Origin: Callorhinchus milii
Lineage: Eukaryota
Direction: 5' to 3'
DNA length: 64,000 nt
NCBI RefSeq assembly: GCF_018977255.1
Contig: NW_024704742.1
Coordinates: 47,618,001 to 47,682,000, forward strand
Under the pieces are notes generated by a model. The model had not been told where the DNA came from. It worked only from the letters and a program-made list of their open reading frames with translations, and made no database searches. Both the position numbers and the translations under genes were made by a program. Below are positions 51,301-61,007 of this stretch, in pieces (the stretch's first letter is position 1; each line of letters begins with the position of its first letter).

Positions 51301-54300
51301 TGCTAAATTTATGTAAAACCTGTTAGACCCCATTTGTGGAGTCCTGTAGCTCAGTGGTTAGGGCACTCGCCTCGCGAGCGAAAAACTGAGTTTGATTTCC
51401 AGGCAGGGCAAAACCTTGGGCAAGTTTCCTTACTACACATGCCTCTGTTTATCTACTTTTGTTTTTACCTAAGTTGGAACCTGGTTGTTAGTCAATTGGG
51501 GGATCGCTTTCCGGGGGTGATAATTTGTGGATTGAGTGAGCAATTTTTTTTTGAAGAAATTATTAGCTTCTGGAAATGAATGAGCAAATAGCATTCGTTG
51601 TTTTCCAGCGTTCTGCAGGACTTCTGGGTTTACATATTTAGTACTGATTGTAGTTGCAATTAAAGTATAGGATGTAAGCGATCATAACCAATAAGGTATC
51701 TAAAGAATTACAAGGAAAAAATCTCGCCTCTGTTATCTGAACTTCTTGTGTGGCTAGAACTAGAAATTCACCATGTTCAGAATCATACAGGTAAATTGTC
51801 TTGTTATTGTATATAGGCATTGCATCAAGTATTGATTGCAGATTCTGAACAATCAATATGTTTTAATGCTCAAACACTCAGACTTGTATTGGAGATTTGG
51901 TGTTTTTTTTTACAGACTATATGCTGTTGGAGGTCGAGATGGAAGTTCTTGTCTGAAGTCTGTAGAATGTTTTGATCCCCACACGAACAAATGGACCCTT
52001 TGTGCACAGATGTCTAAGAGACGGGGAGGCGTGGGAGTTGCTACCTGGAATGGCTTCTTGTATGCTATTGGAGGACATGATGCACCAGCATCTAATCTCA
52101 CATCAAGGCTGTCTGACTGTGTTGAGAGGTAAAAGCAACTGCTATTTCTCTTGGGAGGAAGTATGTTTCCACTTCATCTCCACAAACAGCCTATCCTCTA
52201 GCCCCCACACCATCTCGTGCAGACTTCCTCAGGGCTCTGTCCTTGGTCCCCTCCTCTTCAATATCTGTATGTTCCCTCTTGGTGACATCATCCACAGACA
52301 TAGGGTCAACTTTCACATGTATGCGGATGACACCCACCCTCGACTCCAGGACCACTGCTGTCCTGACAGAGTGTCTGTCAGACATCAAGTCCTGGATGAG
52401 AGTTAACTTTCTTCAGTTGAACGTCAACAAGACCGAGGCTCTCCTGATTGGCTCTCGTCAGCGCCTCCTCACCTCACTGAGCCGGTCCAGAACCTTGGCG
52501 TCTTGCTTGACCCTCAACAATCCTTTCTACCCCACATCTGCGCTATGACTCGCTCTGCCTTCCCCCACCTCCACGACATTGCCCAGCGCCACTGTCTCAT
52601 TCCGCAGGCCAACGAGACCCTTATACACGCATTCATGACATCCAGGCTTGTCTAACCAAACTCCCTGCTTGTCGACCTCCCCAAGTCCCTCCATAGGCTG
52701 CAGATCATGCAGAACTCTGTAGCCCGTGTCCTCCCTGGCATCAGGCTCAGTGACCCTATCACCCCCATCCTCGCCCGACTCCACCGGCTTCCCATCACAC
52801 AGAGGATACAGTTCAAGATCCCAGTCCTCACTTTCAAGACCCTCCATGGCCTTTCTCCCCCCTACGTCTGCGATCTCCTAACCCCCCTACCAACCTGCCC
52901 ACTGCCTCTGCTCAGCGGGCTCTGGCCTGCTCCACGTCTCTCGCCTCAATTACCCCACCATTGGCAGGCAAACCTTCAGCCACTCTGCCTCCACCCTCTG
53001 TAACTACATCCCAAGTCCCTCCGCCTCGCCCCCTCCCTTGCTTCCTTCAAGACCCGTCTCAAGACCCTCCTTTTCGATTTTAAGTTAAAATCCATCTGTG
53101 CATATGGGCAAAGAAGACTAAACTTCAGGGAAAAGCAATCTGGTAACTTGGAAGTAGATTGACATTGAATTTCTAATTTAGATAAAATATTTAAACTAGT
53201 CTTAGTGGAGAAAAAAGATTAGACTGAACAGATTTGTCTTAAAAAATTATTACTATGACTCTCTTTATCTCTGTACATTTTTTGACAGCCAAGTGTCTGA
53301 CACATACAGAAACCCATCGAAATGCTTAACATTATCAAACCAAACTGAGTGTTCCATGCATCTCACCTACACATGGAAAATCCCTTGTATTGGAGTGGAA
53401 TGTGCACTCCCTGGAGGGGCACATCCAACTTAACTCATTCCAGAGAGTATTAGGCGCAGACTGGCAAGAGCCAAGGTTTGATGACTCCAGAGTGTGTATG
53501 GAGTGCTGCTGGAGCTTAACAAGCTAAAACCCCCGAGCTTGCCATCGAAAGCACCGTCTGACTAGGGCCATCCTACCTGATAGGATTTTGTCTTGCAGGA
53601 TAAACAGGAGCTGAGTGACTGCTTGGCTCTTTTTCCCCCTCTCCCAACTAATCATTGTTAACTGTTTTACCGTCAAAAACAGTTACATGAATGCGCATGA
53701 ATTGCAAATTATTGAGCATATTCACAGAATGTTATTCGGCTGTACTAAGGAAATCATGTCCTTGGTAACCTTGCACCAATTTCTCGGTTCTCATCTGCCA
53801 ACTAGATTATTTTTACTGGATTACCCCCCACAACACACACACACACACATTGCAACATGAGTAGCGATTTTGAAGCTGTAGATGCATGGAACACAAAAAG
53901 CTGCAATTATATTCTGAATAATATGGTGCATGTTAGCAGGCTGTTTCATTTGGGACCATGAAAGCCCTTAGAAAGGTCTCGAAGACATGATAAGGTACTA
54001 TAATAATAATAATCCTTGCACTTGATATAGCACTTTTCATGTCTTCTAAACGTCTCAAAGCACGTCACAGAATATACTGTAAAGTCAATTCACTGTATAT
54101 TTATGGGCAAAACACAGCAGCCAATTGCGCACAGCAGTGTCCCACAAACAGTTGTGGATTGAGTGACCAAATTATTATAGTTTTTTTATTCAGGATTATT
54201 ACCCCAGGAAAAGCGATCCACCAATCAACTCACAACTGGATTCCTACTTACTGCTAGGTAAACTTAGGCGTGTGGAGTAAGGAAACTTGTCCAAATTTCG

Positions 54301-56925
54301 CCCTGCCAGGAATGGAACCCAGGTCTCTCACTTGTGAAGCGAATGCTCTAACCACTGAGCTACAGGACTCCACGTTTGCTATATCAAATGCAAGGATTAT
54401 ATTATTATTTATCCTATCAGCATTTACTACAGTATCTACCCCATAGAAATTCCATCTGTATTCTAAAACTTATTAAAAGTCAGTAAAGAAAGGAGAATAT
54501 TACTTGTGGGATCTTCAGCATCATTAAGCAAGTAATTTTTTAGTATAGTTGTACCCTTGCTTCAAATAGAGTACAGTTGTATTGGTGACTACAACAACAA
54601 CAATAACAACAAAATTGCATTTATAGAGCGCCTTTTACATCGGGAGGATGTCCCAAAGCGCTGAACAGTCAGGTGTCGAGGCCCGAGCATGGGGGAGAGG
54701 TGGTGTAGGGGTGAGGGAAGGCAGAGAGGTGGGAGGGAGACCAAAGGCATGGTCAAAGAAAAGGGTCTTGAGACCAGCCTTGAAGGAGGCAAGGGAGGAA
54801 GCGAGGCAAAGGGACCGTGGGATGGAGTTCCAGAGTGTGGGAGCAGAGAGGCTGAAAGCCCGGCCACCGATGGTAGGCGGGTCAGGCGGGAAACATGGAG
54901 CAGGCCAGAGCCCGATGACTACGTAGCTTTTTCATCTAAAGACTTGTTAAAAGAGTAAAAGTCAATATCCAAAGGTTTGTGCCATAATGGAAGTGGGCTG
55001 CTCTCATTTACTACAGAGCCTGGCAGCAACTCACCTAATCAAAAAGTCATACTGTGTTTTAGTGAATATTCAGTATAGACAATCTAAAGAACCAGTTGCA
55101 TTTATAAGTCAATAATTGAACTGCATTCAATACTGACTGAAAAAATGCTGTTCTCTGTAATTGACTGAAAATCTGACTCTTAAGAATAGAAACTGTTCAA
55201 AATGGAAGAAGAAAGGTAGGCTCATGTCCAACCTTTTGTCATTTGATCAGAAACTTTATAACCAAAACACATGCCTTGCTCCTTCCTTCCTCTGTGATCT
55301 CTTGCTATCCAACAACTCTGTCCACTCCTTCCGTTCTGTCAACTCTGACCTCCATGTAATCCACCAGCAACTGTAGGTGGACGAGTTTTGAGTCATTTGC
55401 CTCCATTTTCCAACTCTCCCTCAAAATTCCTCCTCCTTGTGCCAATCTGCTTTTCTCTGCTTTCAAAGCCCACCTCAAAGCCCATCTCCTTACTGTGCCT
55501 TTGGCCACCCTCCTACCTCCCTCCCAGTTCAAACTCCCACTGAGACTTTTTTAAGGACATTGAGGTGTTCTATTTCTAAGGTACTATATGCAGTATATGC
55601 AAATTATACCCTGCTGACTCCCCAAACTAAAAGCCTTGTTATGGTTTGCTTACAGATATGATCCTAAAACTGATACCTGGACAGCAGTGGCCCCAATGAG
55701 CATAAGCAGAGATGCAGTTGGTGTTTGCTTACTTGGTGATCGACTCTATGCAGTTGGAGGATATGATGGACAGTCTTATCTGAACACCGTAGAAGCCTAT
55801 GATCCTCAGAGTAATGAGTGGATGCAGGTAGAAAATATCATTATCATAACTCCTGAGCCATTTGCAACAAATTAACTAATAATTGAGATTTTAATCTCTT
55901 TAGAAAGATCTAAAACCTGAAAGAGAATGCACCATTATTCAGAATTTATTAAAGCTATGTTCTCCTTGTTTCTTTGGAGAGAAATAACAGATCCCAATTA
56001 ACTCCTGTTGAGCTAAGTAATTTATACAGCTCATAGATCTGATCATAAAACACCTAGCGTCAGAATTCTGCAGAAGCAGACAATTTAGCCTGTTATGCCT
56101 GAGCCAGCTAGTGGAATAACTATCCATTTAGTTCCAGTTCTCTGCCCTTTCCCCATACCTTTTATATTTTTCTTTTTCAAATATTTTCCAAGTCCCTTTT
56201 AAAAGCCCCTATGGATTTTGTTTTAATATCCAGGGCTGTATTAGACAAGGGAACAAATGTGCAACAAAAAGCAGAATCCTAAATAAGATACCGAGATACA
56301 CAAATGAATCCTTCTAGTAATCAGAAGTATATCACGTTGGTCCATGGGAATTGCGCTCCAATGCAGTGTCAGTAAATCATTGGGAAATATAATGGGATTT
56401 GTTTAAAATCTTCTTAAGAAATACTGCAATTAGTCCCCATTAACAACTCAATTGCTTGTAGCTTTTGCTCAGAAATTGTCAAAGTGGGTATCAGCAGGTT
56501 CATTGTATTGTATTAATACAATGAATTCACTGAGAAGAGTCATTACCTTCATTGTACAGGTTATTTTTAGATTTCCATTGTGAATACTTGAAATAGAGCA
56601 ACATACCATAGAATTTATACAGTTGCTAATATAGTATATTAACTTACATTATTTTATACTAATAATTTTAACCAAAATATTTCTTATGTATTTATATTCA
56701 AATCCATTTGTGATAAAGTAATACAGTTGTACTACAAAATATAAAAATAACTTTTGTTGACGTTTGTACTGAAATATGTTAGATTGGTAACTCACTTATT
56801 TTCAAAGAGTGTTTAAAGTTTGAAATGTTTTCTTTATCAGGCACAATTACTTTATTGTTCTTTTTCAGGTTGCACCATTGTGCCTTGGAAGGGCTGGAGC
56901 TTGTGTGGTCACTGTTAAACTGTGA
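14932..56925 (+). CDS. KLHL5: Kelch-like protein 5, whole coding span, 11 exons (709 aa once one base is restored in exon 1)
   Basis: Spliced translation runs [23 protein letters not shown]...[37 protein letters not shown]...six Kelch repeats...[18 protein letters not shown]. The N-terminal motif and C-terminus match my recollection of KLHL5 rather than KLHL1/4. Splice phases are consistent for exons 2-11. Confidence 0.95.
16260..16517 (+). mobile_element. CR1 3' end
   Basis: ttttcacacaaagggttgtggaaatt...gaggggctgaatggtctactcctgttcctatgttcct. Confidence 0.8.
17573..17690. repeat. Near-perfect inverted repeat (about 51-bp arms, 15-nt loop)
   Basis: TTGAATGAAGTGATATCTCTGTGACGTGTGGTGGCATGTATTTTGTATTTAT versus the reverse complement of 17640-17690: two mismatches and one indel. 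Confidence 0.92.
19430..19792 (+). mobile_element. Older Deu-domain SINE (SacSINE1/AmnSINE1-like); related copies at about 760-1090(-), 3560-3830(+), 30905-31250(-), 45820-46130(+)
   Basis: ccttcggatgagacgttaaactgaggtcc...gatgttaaaaaccccatggcactattcaagaag...ctgtgcacaaattggct matches the Deu-SINE body as I recall it. Confidence 0.7.
20945..21110 (+). mobile_element. 5'-truncated young SINE copy; further partial copies at about 470-655(-), 9400-9575(+), 26632-26883(+), 29913-30040(-), 34130-34342(+), 39205-39430(-), 42368-42476(+), 51336-51550(+), 58600-58725(+), 61399-61655(+), 63935-64000(-)
   Basis: Shared block tgtgggacactgctgtgcgcaattggctgccgcgttcgcccacaaatatacagtcaattcactttacag...cgctatatcaaatgcaaggattatt. 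Confidence 0.85.
21616..21950 (-). mobile_element. Same SINE family, inserted in a CA/GA-rich tract
   Basis: Reverse complement is collinear with 38408-38772 with small deletions; flanked by simple CA/GA-rich sequence at 21458-21605 and 21955-22010. Confidence 0.8.
22021..22180 (+). promoter_or_regulatory. Small CpG-rich patch, candidate internal promoter or enhancer in intron 1
   Basis: About 14 CpGs in 150 bp; TGACGTCA 22073-22080, GTAAACA 22082-22088, GGGCGG 22153-22158, ATTGG 22171-22175. Confidence 0.45.
23475..23657 (+). CDS. KLHL5: KLHL5 exon 2 (start of BTB domain)
   Basis: Acceptor ttctttatagcag|; reads (R)[60 protein letters not shown](R); donor AG|GTGAAG; 183 nt. Confidence 0.95.
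24300..24436 (+). CDS. KLHL5: KLHL5 exon 3 (BTB)
   Basis: Acceptor tctatttccag|; reads [45 protein letters not shown](G); donor |GTAAAT; 137 nt. Confidence 0.96.
27542..27738 (+). CDS. KLHL5: KLHL5 exon 4 (BTB end / BACK start)
   Basis: Acceptor ttttattttag|; reads [65 protein letters not shown]; donor |GTATGT; 197 nt. Confidence 0.96.
28228..28273 (+). repeat. (TG)n/(TGTA) compound microsatellite
   Basis: gtgtgtatgtgtgtatgtgtgtgtatgtgtgtgtgtatgtgtgtat. Confidence 0.9.
31641..31853 (+). CDS. KLHL5: KLHL5 exon 5 (BACK)
   Basis: Acceptor ttttgtttcag|; reads [48 protein letters not shown]...[10 protein letters not shown]; donor |GTACAT; 213 nt. Confidence 0.96.
31922..32821. mobile_element. 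Old Tc1/pogo(Tigger)-like non-autonomous DNA element with an L2 fragment (about 32110-32580) inside
   Basis: Left end TACAGGGCAACCCCATTATAACAT versus reverse complement of the right end TATAGGGTAATCCTGTTATAATAT: 18/24 identical, all differences transitions, TA at both termini. Confidence 0.55.
32905..33580 (-). mobile_element. CR1 LINE 3' fragment inserted into a Deu-type SINE
   Basis: Minus-strand [54 protein letters not shown]; short repeat tail (acatagaatt)n near 32905-32925. Confidence 0.9.
34570..35000 (+). mobile_element. Degenerate CR1 3' fragment
   Basis: gtcaggctgcagcttgaatactccataccattctggtcacc...gacctcatagaagtgtacaac...aacaagaggacacagg. Confidence 0.65.
35540..35880 (+). mobile_element. 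L2 LINE fragment
   Basis: [12 protein letters not shown]...[12 protein letters not shown]...[29 protein letters not shown]. Confidence 0.85.
36077..36443 (-). mobile_element. Same SINE family, near full length
   Basis: Reverse complement is collinear with 38408-38772. Confidence 0.85.
36530..37190 (-). mobile_element. CR1 LINE 3' fragment
   Basis: Minus-strand ORFs [32 protein letters not shown] and KTRGHSLQI...[14 protein letters not shown], plus a CR1-type tail near 36530. Confidence 0.9.
38408..38772 (+). mobile_element. Full-length tRNA-derived SINE (tRNA head, CORE-like segment, Deu-SINE-like 3' part, L2-type tail)
   Basis: A-box TAGCTCAGTGG, B-box-like GGTTCTATTCC, then ttgggcaagtttccttactccacacgcctctgtttacctagcagtaagtagg, then tgtgggacactgctgtgcgcagttggctgc, tail atcaaatggaaggattatt. 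Confidence 0.85.
40171..40482 (+). mobile_element. Same SINE family, short (internally deleted) subtype
   Basis: tRNA head, then ccacacgcct joined directly to aataataatccct; 3' part almost identical to 20945-21108 and 34177-34333. Confidence 0.85.
40488..40712 (-). mobile_element. Same SINE family, short subtype, tail-to-tail with the previous copy
   Basis: Reverse complement of about 40225-40465. Confidence 0.85.
43290..44935 (+). mobile_element. CR1-clade LINE, internally deleted: ORF1 esterase-like fragment joined to the ORF2 reverse-transcriptase 3' part and 3' UTR
   Basis: 43379-43579 encodes [17 protein letters not shown] (CR1 ORF1 GDS-like motif). 43641-44846 encodes [19 protein letters not shown]...[11 protein letters not shown]...S*FGDDTKL...[12 protein letters not shown]...[14 protein letters not shown] with one in-frame stop (44007-44009). 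Tail gaatggcctactcctgctcct...ttatgt. Confidence 0.93.
47117..47303 (+). CDS. KLHL5: KLHL5 exon 6 (BACK end / Kelch 1 start)
   Basis: Acceptor ggcaatag|; reads [62 protein letters not shown](G); donor |GTGCCA; 187 nt. Confidence 0.93.
48144..48368 (+). CDS. KLHL5: KLHL5 exon 7 (Kelch repeats)
   Basis: Acceptor atgtacag|; reads [74 protein letters not shown](G); donor |GTTGGT; 225 nt. Confidence 0.95.
48482..49220 (+). mobile_element. L2-clade LINE, 5'-truncated, with ORF2 C-terminus open for 233 codons
   Basis: [14 protein letters not shown]...[12 protein letters not shown]...[30 protein letters not shown]...[17 protein letters not shown]; tail ccagcgccttgggacgtc...(ttg)n. Confidence 0.92.
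49656..49818 (+). CDS. KLHL5: KLHL5 exon 8 (Kelch repeats)
   Basis: Acceptor tttatttctag|; reads [53 protein letters not shown](K); donor |GTAAGA; 163 nt. Confidence 0.96.
50753..50978. repeat. Palindromic dispersed element (caaaatactgcagatgctggaaatct family); other copies at about 8223-8365, 8443-8660 and 61153-61335
   Basis: Inverted arms 50785-50870 and 50892-50978; the same 5' leader occurs in four places. Confidence 0.85.
51916..52128 (+). CDS. KLHL5: KLHL5 exon 9 (Kelch repeats)
   Basis: Acceptor ttttttttacag|; reads [70 protein letters not shown](R); donor |GTAAAA; 213 nt. Confidence 0.96.
52165..53080 (+). mobile_element. L2-clade LINE fragment (RT core, frameshifted)
   Basis: [16 protein letters not shown]...[35 protein letters not shown] and [12 protein letters not shown] occur in successive frames. 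Confidence 0.9.
54001..54373 (-). mobile_element. Same SINE family, full length
   Basis: Reverse complement starts gtggagtcctgtagctcagtggttagagcattcgc and ends gcaaggattattatta. Confidence 0.85.
54590..54920 (-). mobile_element. L2 LINE 3' end
   Basis: Reverse complement matches the 48900-49220 tail, ending in (ttg)n. Confidence 0.85.
55656..55827 (+). CDS. KLHL5: KLHL5 exon 10 (Kelch repeats)
   Basis: Acceptor tttgcttacag|; reads [57 protein letters not shown]; donor |GTAGAA; 172 nt. Confidence 0.96.
56869..56925 (+). CDS. KLHL5: KLHL5 last coding exon
   Basis: Acceptor gttctttttcag|; reads [18 protein letters not shown] then TGA at 56923-56925. Confidence 0.95.
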   Translation, partial: VAPLCLGRAGACVVTVKL

Positions 56926-57021
56926 ATTATTTTCATTTTGTACTACAAGTATTCCAAATCTTCATTGGGGCAAGAAGTCCAAGGACGTTTCTTCAGCTTT
57001 ACTCCAACATAAAGTTATCAA

Positions 57022-57027
57022 AATAAA
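57022..57027 (+). promoter_or_regulatory. First candidate polyadenylation signal (AATAAA) after the KLHL5 stop
   Basis: AATAAA about 100 nt past the stop. The region is AT-rich and other hexamers lie further downstream (e.g. ATTAAA near 59713), so the true 3' end is uncertain. Confidence 0.3.
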
Positions 57028-58794
57028 ATATAGAAAAATGCATTAAATATTAAATTAACCTAAACATATATTTGGAATTCTAAAACTCTATATTATTGGT
57101 GATAATATGTTTGAATTCTTGAAGTAGAAACTGTCAAACCAAATCTGTTTAAAGTCACTTTTAAAGTCACTGAAACTCAGGAGGACATAAACTATGGACC
57201 AAGTTGTATCTCCTAAAATTTAAGACAATACTTCCCTTTCCCATCTTATTCCTAAAAGCAAAACTAGATAAATGTGGGCCCAAACTATTGAATTGTCATT
57301 TAAAATTCTGTTATGTTTTTGTAAATGTTCAACATCCATTATCAGAAACTTGTGTTAGAGACTAAATCAATTTTGTGGAGGTAGACAGAGCCAATTCAAT
57401 TCAAGGGGGTTACAAAACATTTTTCTGTACATTTTAACAATAGTTTTAGCTTAACTGATTTTCATCTATACTGTTTTAGCTTATTTAACTCTGCCCTTTT
57501 CATCAATTCCCTCTGCCCCCATGCTGAAAGGTAGTTCTGTTCTCCCTTGGGGTTATTCTCTATTAGTAAATGTACAGGTCTTGGCACTGTGTGCTTCTAA
57601 TTTGATTTTTCTCTTGTAAGTGCTCACCACTATTCATGCTATATTTGCACCAGGAAACGAGAGAATAATATATCCACAGCACTAAGATTTCCGCCTCCTC
57701 CAGTAGTTTCTGATGCACATCAGGGCTAATTTTCATTTGTCGATAAATTTACCAACCCGGTTGCAGGTGCTTATGTGGTTGATACATTTATTGACTAGCA
57801 GAAAATAACCCCCATGAGATGCTATAATTTGAAGGACTTTTAGTTTAGCTTTTGTCTTAAAGAAAATGTTAGATTTAGTTACAATAATGCTCTGGGCTGA
57901 TAATATTACCATAGACTGGAACATCAAGTTTATCAGCTTATTGATATATAGACCAAGTGCACAATATATGCTGTGTTTAACTATGCTTTTGTCTTAAGTG
58001 TTTGAAATGGAAGCTGGAATATAATTGTTTTGGTTGCTTCTTTTTATATTAACCATGTTCCAAAAACACTTTCAGAATTTGTTTTATGTTTGTTATACCA
58101 AAATTGCCTTTGTGTTAAAAATAATTAAATGCAAGTATATTTTTAACATGCATGAGAGTTTAATATATGGAAGTCATTGCTAAACATTGTTTATTTGCTT
58201 GTAGAACATTTATTTCTGTAACTTCTAGCATTCCACAATGATATTTTCTAAGGAAAATTTAAGCACCTGCTAAAATATTGTCCATTTATGTCCATTATTA
58301 TTATTATTAAAACCACAAATTATAAACATTGAATGATAGAAATTCTAGTATTGAAGAGGGTCATTCTGCCTATTGAGCTTATGATGTATAATAATCCTAC
58401 TGTTAAATGGTTTGACTATATTTTGTGGGCGAATTGTGGCAGCCAGTTACACACTGCAATGTCCCACAAACAGCCATGGATTGAGTGACCAATTTCATTT
58501 GCTAGAACCTCCACTGAAGCTATGTGCTCTGTTACAATTCCTGTATCATTATTGTTTCCCTTCAAATAGTTCTCCAATTGTATTTTAATTTTCAATGTTT
58601 ATTTTGTGTGCATTTCACCACAGAATATACAGTCAATTCACTTTACAGTATATTCTGTGCAGTGCTTTGTGACGTCTCAAAGACGTGATAAGTGGGCTAT
58701 ATCAAATGCAAGGATTATTGTTATTATATAGCCACTTATAGCAAAACAGTACTACACTGCCTAATACAAATCATTGGTTAGGCTCCAACAGAAA

Positions 58795-59330
58795 ATCTTC
58801 TTTTAATTTGGGGCACCTCCCTTTAAGAAGGATGTAAAGGTCTTGGAGGGAGTATAGAGGAAGCTTCCGAGAATTATACCAGGGATGAGGTATTATAGTT
58901 GTGAGAAGAGATTGGAGAAATCGGGTCTGTTTTCGTTGAAGCAAAGAAGGTTCAGCGGAGAACTGATAGAGGTGTACAAAATTATACAAGTTTTGTGAGA
59001 AGGTGAATAAGGAAAAGCAATTGCCACTAGCGGGGGAGTCAACGAATAGGGGACATAGATATAAAATAGCCACAGGAAGAGCTAAACTAGCTTATGAGAA
59101 TATTTTTTCACACACAGCGTTGGGATGTGGAATGCCCTGCCAAGTAAGACGGCAGAGGCAGAGTGTATTGTGCGTTTAAAAGGGAAATAGACAGGTATAT
59201 AAAAATTAGGGATTTGAAGGAGTGTGGTGATGGGGCTGGGCAATTCGAATTAAAGTACAGCTTTTTCTGATTGCGGTAAAGATTCAATGGGCTGAATGGC
59301 CTCCTCCTGCTGGAAATTTCTACGATTCCA
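58795..59330 (+). mobile_element. Degenerate CR1 LINE 3' fragment downstream of the KLHL5 stop
   Basis: tttggggcacctccctttaagaaggatgtaaaggtcttggag...ctgatagaggtgtacaaaatt...gggctgaatggcctcctcctg follows the same template as the 44400-44910 copy. Confidence 0.8.
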
Positions 59331-60935
59331 AATTTACTGAGTTTGATGAGAGAATATTCTCCGCTGGTCAATCTCACAAATTTATATCACCAAAGATCCA
59401 TAAATTTATGGAACAGCTGCAATTATTCCCCAGTCTTTGTTTTACTTCTTTTGTTTCCTCTGTGTTATTTGCAGGATCATAGTTTGTTGCAAATCAAAAA
59501 GGCCGGTTACCTTGACGTTTTATCATATCTTATTATCACAAGCTTATGGAAACCAATACGTTAGTTCTTATCAGGTTCTTAATGGCGATGCGGTTGGATC
59601 AGTAAAAGTTAGTTGCAATGGCTTAACTGTATTAATTGTTGCATATACACACAGCCCTTGTGCTGTGTGTCATTTAAGGGTTGAGTTTGAATTATTTGTT
59701 TAAACTTTGTTCATTAAAACTGTTGAACAGTACAGTATTTGCTGGGATACAGATACCAGATGAAACGTTTAAGAAACTAATTTGTTTTTTGTGCCTTTAT
59801 CAAAACTGGTCACTTTGTTCATGTTGAGTTTCTCTTAAAGAAAACAATGTTTTTTTTATCCCCCATCTGACATTTATTCATGGTCAATTATATCTTATGT
59901 AGCATTCTAAACTATAGATTTTGCTGTATATTACTGAGCAGTCATTAAAAATAGCAATCTTTTCACTACTTGTTTACAGTAGAATTTCACGTTATGAAAA
60001 GATCACTGCTTTGAGCAATGGAAGTGTAATGGACTTTCTCACCTGCATATTGTTTTAGGCTGTTAAGTCAATTATGTATTCATGCAAGAATAAGTATTGG
60101 TGAGGAGTGCACTTCAGGGTTATTTTAGATGTGCGTGACATGCACTGATGACAAGATTATTTGTTTCTCGATATATTGTTGTTGACAATAATTGATTCAT
60201 TGTTATGCATAACCTATGTAATATTGGAACCCAATTAAACCCATGATCAGTTTTTTGTGGAGTCGGGATTGATCAGCGCATATATATAAAACAGATGATT
60301 ACCCTTAGGAGGTGTGATGGGCCAAATTTCTTGTACTCGTTCCATGCTTCTCCTGCCCATTTTGCAGGATTAGTTTACATAGGTGATTGCCTCTTGCTAC
60401 CTTTCCATCTTATCATCAGATGATTTAGGAACCTGATTACTAGTACTCAAGACTAGTATTATTAGCACTTATCAGCAATGGATAAACCTGAATTATTTCT
60501 GGAAATTATTCTAGCTCCCTGACTGTGTACACATAGAGGGAAGATGGCTACTCCCAAATGCCAGAGTAGCTCTATTAAAAATATAAAACCATTTATTTTA
60601 TCCTGGGGCAACTCTATAATTACTGGATTCATCAGTCATAAACCAAGCGGTCTAAAAATAAGATAAATTAAACAGACAAAATATGTTCAATAGATCGGCA
60701 GAGCAAAGAGTCTACTCCTGCCTGGGTCAATACAAAAGTCAAATTATAATAAATTAAGTGAGAAATCTGTTAAGATTTTATGAATCATTCAGTATTCATT
60801 GCTATATTTTACTGATTCTGATCAAAAAGGAGTAAGACACTTATTAGTAATGGATAAACCAGAATTGTTTCTGGAAAATATATTCTAGCTCCCTGACCGT
60901 GTACCCGGAGATAGTGGGAACCTTTCGGAGATAGA

Positions 60936-61007
60936 GGGAAAAGCGATACGTTTCAGAGGAGGGGTTGCCACCTGGCTACCCCTCCTCTGAGACCTATCTC
61001 TTTTCCC
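60936..61007. repeat. 72-bp imperfect palindrome
   Basis: 35-nt arms match at 31/35 positions around a 2-nt centre (CC). Confidence 0.9.
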
